From positions 1 to 43,406 of the IMG/VR virus record IMGVR_UViG_3300022177_000003: a stretch of DNA of 43,406 nucleotides; one strand, given 5' to 3'. Under the pieces are notes generated by a model. That model was not told the DNA's origin. It did not search any database and saw only the letters and a program-made list of their open reading frames with translations. Within the stretch, counting starts at the first letter, position 1. Each line of letters opens with the position of its first letter. A program made the position numbers and the translations under genes. The stretch comes from a virus (Duplodnaviria > Caudoviricetes). Positions 37,363 to 43,406 of this stretch are shown in pieces.

Positions 37363-37370
37363 GGGGATGA
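36489..37370 (+). CDS. DNA (cytosine-5)-methyltransferase, alpha-type chain lacking motif IX
   Basis: LCAGIGG, GYPCQPF, ENV, PH.RQRLF and GNGV motifs. Confidence 0.9.
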   Translation: MDLYAERVDGIALCAGIGGLELGLHVAVPEYRTVCWVERDAYAASALVARMEDEALDQAPVWSDLASFDGRPWRGRVDILTAGYPCQPFSSSGKKLGAADPRHLWPHVARVLAETGAPLLFAENVLGHLDRGFEQVAGELQGMGYGVEAGLFSALEVGAPHVRQRLFLLAHAYGEHARHVAGNLARWADLEVRAGGAPDVRAHPLEVLDDPLSHGIVHPAPAAGLFPPRPDDLQGWDRLLAVSPGLQPAVPRSADGLACRLDRYRLAGNGVCSLAAAYALVSLVSVARERMRG

Positions 37371-37416
37371 ACCGCGGGAAACCGCCGCTCGGCCATGCGG
37401 ATTCGACTGAAATGGA

Positions 37417-37632
37417 CTATCCGCGCCGCCATTCGTTGATCGACGGAATCAAACGCTCGCCTCCGGAATCCCATTCCGGGCACCCCGTTTTCCCGCGGCG
37501 CAAAAATTCTACCAAGCGGTCGGGCCCGGAGGAACGCAATACTTCCTTCCCGTTGATGAACAAAATGGATTCATCCTCGTCCTGGACGATGGCGCAATTG
37601 AATTCTCCATACTCATACGAATAAAAACCCAT
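37417..37632 (-). CDS. Small hypothetical protein at the right end (moron-like)
   Basis: GGAGGGG RBS, ATG 37632, 71 aa, antisense to the late genes. Confidence 0.55.
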   Translation of the reverse strand: MGFYSYEYGEFNCAIVQDEDESILFINGKEVLRSSGPDRLVEFLRRGKTGCPEWDSGGERLIPSINEWRRG

Positions 37633-37787
37633 ACCCCTCCTGTACGGCGTGGATGGAATCAAAACACCGCAGACACCGCCGAACCGAACAGACGAGACGG
37701 ATTCAATCAATTTATCGAACAGACGAGGGGAGAGAGTCAACCACAGAATGAACCAAAGGGGGGGCAGACCACTCAGCGAAGCAGACT

Positions 37788-37830
37788 AAAACTAACCGTC
37801 GCGTCTGGCAAAACTAACCGTCGCGCTACA
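37788..37830 (+). repeat. Right-end transposase-binding sites (R2, R1) and terminal CA
   Basis: AAAACTAACCGTCGCG at 37788-37803 and 37810-37825, then CTACA. Confidence 0.9.
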
Positions 37831-37877
37831 ATTTCGGCCAAGCGCCGTCGTATTTCTTCTTTTATTTCGAGCACCAT
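37831..37877 (-). pseudogene. 5' fragment of the interrupted host nucleotidyltransferase gene
   Basis: ATG 37877, MVLEIKEEIRRRLAE, in frame with 1-122 once the prophage is removed. In-frame upstream ATGs exist up to 37943. Confidence 0.8.
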
Positions 37878-37990
37878 CTCACCGCCCGCGCAACCGCCCA
37901 GCATCACCAATCGAGATAAATCATTTGGCGGCATGAATCTCATTTTTTCTAATTATTATACGATATATTGGGAAATGACCAGAACCGGAA

Positions 37991-38029
37991 ACCAAAGAAA
38001 AGAGCCCTTGCAGTGAATTGCAAGGGCTC
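37991..38029 (-). terminator. Intrinsic terminator of the tRNA-Asp locus
   Basis: GAGCCCTTGCA/TGCAAGGGCTC hairpin followed by a T-rich tail on the minus strand. Confidence 0.85.
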
Positions 38030-38038
38030 ATTTCTGGC

Positions 38039-38084
38039 TGGCGGAGCCGACGAGACTCGAACTCGCGACCTCCGACGTGACAGG
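38039..38084 (-). other. 3' half of tRNA-Asp(GTC), an att site of an integrated element
   Basis: CCTGTCACGTCGGAGGTCGCGAGTTCGAGTCTCGTCGGCTCCGCCA: anticodon loop, T arm and CCA present; D arm and 5' half absent. Confidence 0.88.
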
Positions 38085-38511
38085 GCACTGGACAGGCTTG
38101 ACCCCGCCATTAGCCCGCATTGCACGCCACACTTCCTCTGCCCTGTTGGCATAGAAGCAGACCGAGAGCCCAACAAAAGCCCAACCGCCCATCCCACCTC
38201 TTGCCCTGCCCCTGATACAGACGCGGCCGCTACGCCGAAACAAGGGAGAACGCTGTGCCGTCAGCCAGTGCTCTACCGGGAGCAGGGCACAGCGGCCGCA
38301 TCCTCTCGCGCGCGCAGCGCGCGGCCCGAGGCCTCCCCGCGCGCCCCCTCCTCCCCTTTTCCCAAAGATCAACCAGATGGTCCCAAGGCCCGGGCTGAAG
38401 GCTGCGGGTCCTTCCCACCTCCTTTGGCACAGGGGTCGGCAACACCGCGAGGGGTCGCGGATTTTTGCGGAAACTTTTCGGTGGAAAATCGGAAGACTTG
38501 GAGGGTGACGC

Positions 38512-40143
38512 ATGTCCTCTGACGACATCAAGAAAAAGGTGGAGGCCAGGGTGAAGGAGGAGGCGGAGAAGGAGCCCGAAAAGGCTCCGGAGCCGCTGTC
38601 CGACGAGTTCATCCTCCAGTGTTTCCGGGCCAACCGCGTGGGCGACGCCCTGCTCTTCAACACGCTCAACCGGGGCCGGTTCGTCTATGTCGACATCTGG
38701 GGCCGGTACCTGAAGTGGGCCGGGCACCACTGGGCCGAGGACCAGCAGCAGAAAACGGTCCTGGCCGAGGTGGAGACGGTCTGCGAGGAGTACCTGCGCC
38801 TGGTGGCCAAGCTCGCCAAGCAGGCCGAAGAGCTGACCGACGCCGAGAAGAAGGCCAACGAGGGGCTGCGCAAGTCCATCCTCGGCCGGGTGGCGCTGCT
38901 GCGCGACGCCGCTGGCCGCAAGAACCTGCTCGACTGCGCGCATACCATCCGCGACCCCCTGGCGATCACCGGCGACGAGCTGGACCAGCAGCCCTTCCTG
39001 CTGGCCACGAAGAACGGCGTGGTGGATCTGCGCACCGGCGATTCCCGGCCCGGCCGGCCTGAGGACTACATCCTCAACGCCAGCCCCGTGGAATGGCAGG
39101 GCATCGACGTGCCCTGCCCGGAGTGGGAGAACTTTTTGCTCTCCTGCCACGACGGCAACAAGGAGATGGTGGCCTTCCTGCAGCGGGTCTTCGGCTACGC
39201 CATCCTGGGGGCGCGGGACGACCACGTCTGGTTCGTGTTCTACGGGGTGCGCGGCCGCAACGGCAAGGACACCCTGTTCAAGACCCTCATGGCCGTGCTG
39301 GGCGGGGATCTGGCCAACGTCATTCAAACGGAGATGCTCCTGGACTCCAGGGCGCCGCGCAACAGCGCGTCGCCCACCCCGGACATGCTCTCCCTGCGCG
39401 GCAAGCGCATCGCCTTCGCCAACGAGTCCGAGGACGGCCAGCGCTTCGCCATGTCCAGGATCAAGGCCCTGACCGGCGGCGGCTACCTGCAGGCCCGCGG
39501 GCTCCAGGACAAGCTCTACACGACCTGGAAGCAGACGCACCTTCTCTTTTTGATGACCAACGAGATCCCGCGGGCCAAGGCCGACGACGACGCCTTCTGG
39601 TCCCGGCTCCTGGCCGTGCCCTGGAAGATCCGCTTCGTGGACGAGCCCGCGGCCCCGGACGAGCGGCAGCGCGACCCGCAGATGGAATACAAGCTGTTGG
39701 CCGAACTGCCGGGCATCCTGGCCTGGCTCGTGCGCGGCTGTCTGGCCTATCAGCGCGAGGGGCTCAACCCGCCGGAGTCGGTGCTGGCCTGCACCCGGGA
39801 GCGGCGGGAGGCCTTCGACGACGTGGGCCGGTTCCTGGCCGAGTGCTGCGAGATGGAGCGGGTTCCCGAGGGCGGGGAGTCGGAGCTGCGGACCGGGGCC
39901 TCCGACCTGCTGCGGGCCTTCAACTGGTGGCTGCACAAGAACGTGGACTCCTCCTACTCCTACAGCCCCCGGCGCTTCGGGGACGTGATGACCAGGAAGG
40001 GCGTTCCCAGGAAGAAGTCCGGTTCCATGGTCTATCTGGGCGTCCGCCTTCTGGAGTCCGTGGAGGCCGAGATGGCCGAGGACGCGGAGGAGGAGAAGGC
40101 GTCCAAACCCGAGGGCAAGAAGCGGAGGAAGCTCTTTGACTAG
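38512..40143 (+). CDS. P4/D5-family SF3 helicase (primase-associated)
   Basis: NGVVDLRTG, YGVRGRNGKDT Walker A, L.GKRI...NE, IKALTGG, DDAFWSRL motifs. Confidence 0.92.
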   Translation: MSSDDIKKKVEARVKEEAEKEPEKAPEPLSDEFILQCFRANRVGDALLFNTLNRGRFVYVDIWGRYLKWAGHHWAEDQQQKTVLAEVETVCEEYLRLVAKLAKQAEELTDAEKKANEGLRKSILGRVALLRDAAGRKNLLDCAHTIRDPLAITGDELDQQPFLLATKNGVVDLRTGDSRPGRPEDYILNASPVEWQGIDVPCPEWENFLLSCHDGNKEMVAFLQRVFGYAILGARDDHVWFVFYGVRGRNGKDTLFKTLMAVLGGDLANVIQTEMLLDSRAPRNSASPTPDMLSLRGKRIAFANESEDGQRFAMSRIKALTGGGYLQARGLQDKLYTTWKQTHLLFLMTNEIPRAKADDDAFWSRLLAVPWKIRFVDEPAAPDERQRDPQMEYKLLAELPGILAWLVRGCLAYQREGLNPPESVLACTRERREAFDDVGRFLAECCEMERVPEGGESELRTGASDLLRAFNWWLHKNVDSSYSYSPRRFGDVMTRKGVPRKKSGSMVYLGVRLLESVEAEMAEDAEEEKASKPEGKKRRKLFD

Positions 40144-40154
40144 GCGAAGGTCCA

Positions 40155-40388
40155 GGAACCTCCCATTTTTTGGGGCGCTCCGCTTGATTCAACAGGCCGG
40201 GAAAACTGCGCTTTTGTAAAAAAATGGGACCTTGGGAGCTTTCGCTGCTGTTCTTTCCGCATGCGCGCATAGGACATGTGCTCTTCGCGTCATAATGTCA
40301 CGCGATTGTCCATTATCCCAAATATTATATTTATATAATAAAAATAAATAGATAGAAAAAGAGAACATGGGACCTTTCGGGAGGTTCC
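40155..40388. other. Candidate replication origin of the element
   Basis: GGAACCTCCC/GGGAGGTTCC inverted pair, ATGGGACCTT at 40224 and 40367, AT-rich core at about 40320-40362. Confidence 0.5.
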
Positions 40389-40409
40389 AAAAAAATCGAG
40401 CGAATACAT

Positions 40410-41822
40410 ATGGTTGTTGGATTGATCGAGCGTCTCCGTTCCCGTGGCCTGCAGCCCGTGTACCAGGCGGCCACCCACGGCGGCGAATACGCCTGCCCCT
40501 GCCCCCTGTGCGGCGGCCGGGACCGGTTCCGGATCTGGCCCGGCCAGGAAGGGGGACCGGCCTGCTCCAGGGCCGGGGTGTCCGGCACCTGGTACTGCCG
40601 CCAGTGCGGCCGGGGCGGGGACACGCTCCAGTTCCTCCTGGACGTGGAGGGCCTGGACTTCGCCGAGGCCTGCAAGGCCCTGAACGTGGCGCCGCCCGCC
40701 CGGAGGCCCGGCCTGCCGCCCCTGTCCCGTCCGGCCGCGCGTCCGGCCTTCGAGCCCCGTTCCCCGGAGGCCCCTCCGGCCCTCTGGCGCGAACGCGCCG
40801 CCTCCCTGGTGGAAAAGGCCGCGGCCGCTCTCCCGGCCCATCCCGAGGCCCAGGCCTGGCTCACGTCCCGGGGCCTGCCGCCCGAGGCCGCGGCGCGCTT
40901 CTCCCTGGGCTTCCTGGAGGGCGACCCGGGCCGCATGGGCCTGATCCGGGCCCGCTCGGCCTGGGGCCTGCCGCCCCGGAAAAAGACCGCCCAGGACGGG
41001 ACCGTCACGCTCAAGCGCTCCCTGTTCCTGCCGCGCGGGATCCTCATCCCGGCCTTCGACGCCCAGGGCGCGCCCCTGCGCCTGCGGGTGCGGCGCTCCG
41101 ACGAGGACGCGGCCCAGTGGGGCGACAAGTACATGGTCGTGGAGGGCTCGGCCATGCCCGCGCTCCTGGCCGGAGACGATCCCCGGGCCGTGGTCGTGGT
41201 GGAGGCCGAACTGGACGCCCTGGCCGTGGCCTTTGCCGCCGGCGACCTGGTCACGGCCTGCGCCGTGCTGACCAATGCCGGGCGGCCGGACGCCGCGGCG
41301 CACGCGGTCCTGTCCCGGGCCCTGCGCATCCTGGTGGCCCTGGACTTCGACGAGGCCGGAGCCCGGGGCTGGTCCTGGTGGCGGGAGACGTACCCCCAGG
41401 CCCGACGCTGGCCCGTGCCCGAGGGCAAGGACCCCGGCGACGCGGTCAAGCTTGGCTGCGACCTGCGCCAGTGGGTCCGGGCGGGCCTGCCTCCGGCCCT
41501 GACCCTGGGAGCCTCCGAATCTGGGCCGAGGGTTTCGAAGGAGCCGCCCCAGGCGGTCCGGGAGCCGGGGCCCAGGGTCGAGATCGCGCCGGAAATCCTG
41601 GCTCTGCGGAGCCTGGTGGACGAACTGCGGGGCCTGCTGCGCGCCGGTTCCCTGCGCATCGACAAGCGCGGCCGCCAGACCCGACTGCGGGCCCCGGAGG
41701 AGTGGCAGCGGGCCAACGCCGGGCCGTACCGGCGCGCCTGGGAGCTGACCTACATCCGCACCGAGATCCGGGAATACATCGCGAGCCACCCGGACGCGGT
41801 GCTGCACTGGTGGAATTTCTGA
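40410..41822 (+). CDS. Zinc-finger plus TOPRIM DNA primase
   Basis: CPLCGGRDRF...WYCRQC; VVEAELDA, ALDFDEAG and GKDPGD motifs. Confidence 0.88.
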   Translation: MVVGLIERLRSRGLQPVYQAATHGGEYACPCPLCGGRDRFRIWPGQEGGPACSRAGVSGTWYCRQCGRGGDTLQFLLDVEGLDFAEACKALNVAPPARRPGLPPLSRPAARPAFEPRSPEAPPALWRERAASLVEKAAAALPAHPEAQAWLTSRGLPPEAAARFSLGFLEGDPGRMGLIRARSAWGLPPRKKTAQDGTVTLKRSLFLPRGILIPAFDAQGAPLRLRVRRSDEDAAQWGDKYMVVEGSAMPALLAGDDPRAVVVVEAELDALAVAFAAGDLVTACAVLTNAGRPDAAAHAVLSRALRILVALDFDEAGARGWSWWRETYPQARRWPVPEGKDPGDAVKLGCDLRQWVRAGLPPALTLGASESGPRVSKEPPQAVREPGPRVEIAPEILALRSLVDELRGLLRAGSLRIDKRGRQTRLRAPEEWQRANAGPYRRAWELTYIRTEIREYIASHPDAVLHWWNF

Positions 41823-41832
41823 TGCGAACCCG

Positions 41833-42099
41833 TCAGCGCAGCTGTTCCCATTCCAGGCCCAGGGCCGCCGCGATCTTCTTCAGCGTGGCCGTGCGGGGGG
41901 TCACGCCCGGGGCCTCCATCCTGGCGAAGGCGGGCTGGCTCACGCCCATGCGTCCGGCCACCTCGCGCTGGGACAGGCCCAGGTGCTCGCGCCAGGCGCG
42001 GATCATGGACAGGCCCTGGAGATGGACCAGTTCCACCACCTCGTGGGGGATGGTCACATCCTCGTCCGGCAACTCGTTCAAATCAGAGAGGTTGAACAT
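41833..42099 (-). CDS. XRE-family HTH regulator (HigA-like)
   Basis: IRAWREHLGLSQREVAGRMGVSQPAFARME; GGGAG RBS. Confidence 0.85.
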   Translation of the reverse strand: MFNLSDLNELPDEDVTIPHEVVELVHLQGLSMIRAWREHLGLSQREVAGRMGVSQPAFARMEAPGVTPRTATLKKIAAALGLEWEQLR

Positions 42100-42307
42100 G
42101 TTCGAACTCCCGTGCGTCACGACCAACAAGACAGGCATTTCCTTCGTGGACCTCGCCGAACGGCGCATCACGGTCTCGCGCGGCCCGGACGGCGGGGCGT
42201 TCCTCTCCACCTTTGCGGACGGGGTCTACCACTGCTTCACCCTGAAGCCGGAGCAGGTCAAGCACCTCATCGGCCTGCTGGCCGGGTCGGAGGAGGAGCC
42301 CTCTTGA
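42098..42307 (+). CDS. Small hypothetical protein
   Basis: GAGAGG RBS; MFELPCVTTNK..., 69 aa. Confidence 0.55.
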   Translation: MFELPCVTTNKTGISFVDLAERRITVSRGPDGGAFLSTFADGVYHCFTLKPEQVKHLIGLLAGSEEEPS

Positions 42308-42435
42308 CTTCCACCGGCCCTTGGTGTTGTCTGCGGTCAGGAGCTCGTAACTCCTTCAGCCACAGGCGGCCCCACGCCCGTCAGTCTTCGTGGGATTTCT
42401 GCTTTCCAGGCCCTGGAAAGCCCCTCGGCGCTCCA

Positions 42436-42509
42436 GCCGGGTGTTGGGGAAATACAAGACCCGCAAGGGGAACTACCCAGCCGTCCTGTGGCGGTTACGA
42501 GCACCCGGC
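42436..42509 (+). ncRNA. c4-type antisense RNA
   Basis: Closing stem GCCGGGTG/CACCCGGC, GCAA-loop hairpin, and CCTGTGG and TTACGA segments complementary to upstream and downstream targets. Confidence 0.78.
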
Positions 42510-42561
42510 CCTTGTCGATCGTACGGCGAGGGCCAATCGTAATACCCACAGGAGCCTTGCC

Positions 42562-42864
42562 ATGTCTCATTCTTCCACCATGCGGCTTGTCCGCCCGGAC
42601 CAGCCCCGCGACCAGTTGGTTGACTGCCTCAACGACATCCTGACCCCGTTCGACAGCCTGGCCCACGTGCTGGAGGAGGCGGACAAGGCCGATCTGGCCC
42701 TGATCGTCCGCTGCCTGATCCACGACGGCTACGCCCGCGCCGGGCGCATCGCCGAGGCCCTGGAGGCCTTCGCCCAAAGTCCCCTGGAAGGCGTGTACTG
42801 GGACCAGGACAGGCGCTGGGTCCAGGCCGTGGTCCTGGCCCGCAAGGAGGCTCCCCATGTCTGA
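42562..42864 (+). CDS. Hypothetical protein in the icd-like position
   Basis: AGGAG RBS overlaps the c4 target; stop overlaps the Bro-N start. Confidence 0.65.
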   Translation: MSHSSTMRLVRPDQPRDQLVDCLNDILTPFDSLAHVLEEADKADLALIVRCLIHDGYARAGRIAEALEAFAQSPLEGVYWDQDRRWVQAVVLARKEAPHV

Positions 42865-43406
42865 GCTCAAACCCTTTGTGTTCGACGAGGCCCTGGTGCG
42901 CGTGCGCACGGACGAGCAGGGCAACCCCTGGTTCGTGGCCAAGGACGTGTGCAGCGTCTTGGACCTGGGCAACGTGACCGAGGCGTTAAGGCCGCTGGAC
43001 GATGATGAAAAGATTACCCTCAGCAATTCTGAGGGTAATCCAAGGGCCGGAGTTCCCCATCAGATCAACATGGTCTCCGAGTCCGGGCTCTACGCCCTGG
43101 TCTTCCGCTCGCGCAAGCCCGAGGCCCGGCGCTTCCGCAAGTGGGTCACGTCCGAGGTCCTGCCCGCCCTGCGCCGCGCCGGACGGTTCGCGATCCCGGA
43201 GACCCGGCCCCGGAGCCTGCCGCCCTTCGAGCTGCCGGAAAAGGCCCGGCGGCTCAAGCCCGGTCTGCGCGAGCGCCTACTCTCCGACTCGCTCCAGGCC
43301 GCGCGGCTCACCGGCTCCGGCAGCCTGGAGGAGGTCCAGGCCCTGTTCGCCCGTTTCTGCCTGCTGGTGGCCGACCGCCCGGCCGGGCGCGGCCAGCCCG
43401 CCTGGC
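42857..43406 (+). CDS. Bro-N domain antirepressor (truncated by window end)
   Basis: PWFVAKDVC..L, SESGLY.L.FRSRKPEA..FRKWVTSEVLP motifs. Confidence 0.92.
   Translation, partial: MSELKPFVFDEALVRVRTDEQGNPWFVAKDVCSVLDLGNVTEALRPLDDDEKITLSNSEGNPRAGVPHQINMVSESGLYALVFRSRKPEARRFRKWVTSEVLPALRRAGRFAIPETRPRSLPPFELPEKARRLKPGLRERLLSDSLQAARLTGSGSLEEVQALFARFCLLVADRPAGRGQPAW

Larger units (their letters stand above)
38039..43406. mobile_element. tRNA-Asp-integrated satellite-like or prophage-like element (partial)
   Basis: att fragment followed by helicase, primase, HTH, c4-type RNA and Bro-N genes. No integrase in the window. Confidence 0.75.

Noticed and set aside
37968-38522. 184-aa ORF
   Set aside because: Runs through the terminator and the antisense of the tRNA fragment; typical spurious call.
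41983-42561. N-terminal extension of the 293-aa ORF
   Set aside because: Overlaps two other genes and the c4 RNA; the RBS supports a start at 42562.

Overview
Positions 128-37830 (37,703 bp) are a complete Mu-like transposable prophage with a contractile tail. It has TG...CA ends and a 5-bp ATTTC target duplication, and it is inserted into a host pol-beta-type nucleotidyltransferase gene. The high-GC backbone follows the Mu order: repressor, Ner-like, transposase A, ATPase B, Gam, GemA, Mor-like, lysis, terminase, portal, F, protease, capsid, tail, baseplate, fibre, com, methylase. Notable extras: (i) a type II hammerhead ribozyme right after gam, facing an antisense tRNA-like gene with its own promoter and terminator; (ii) an AT-rich C5-MTase / MORC-type ATPase / Vsr / DUF3800-like cassette with no recognisable restriction enzyme; (iii) a pseudoknot-rich RNA directly after the extended MuF gene; (iv) a RexA/RexB-like gene pair; (v) a Mu-type -2 frameshift whose product carries an in-frame UGA; (vi) a C5-MTase apparently split over two overlapping frames in the mom position. 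From about 38039 a second element begins at a 3' tRNA-Asp att fragment. It looks like a phage satellite (SF3 helicase, primase, HTH, c4-type antisense RNA, Bro-N antirepressor) and runs off the window. Protein family calls come from motif recognition and synteny only; no searches were run.
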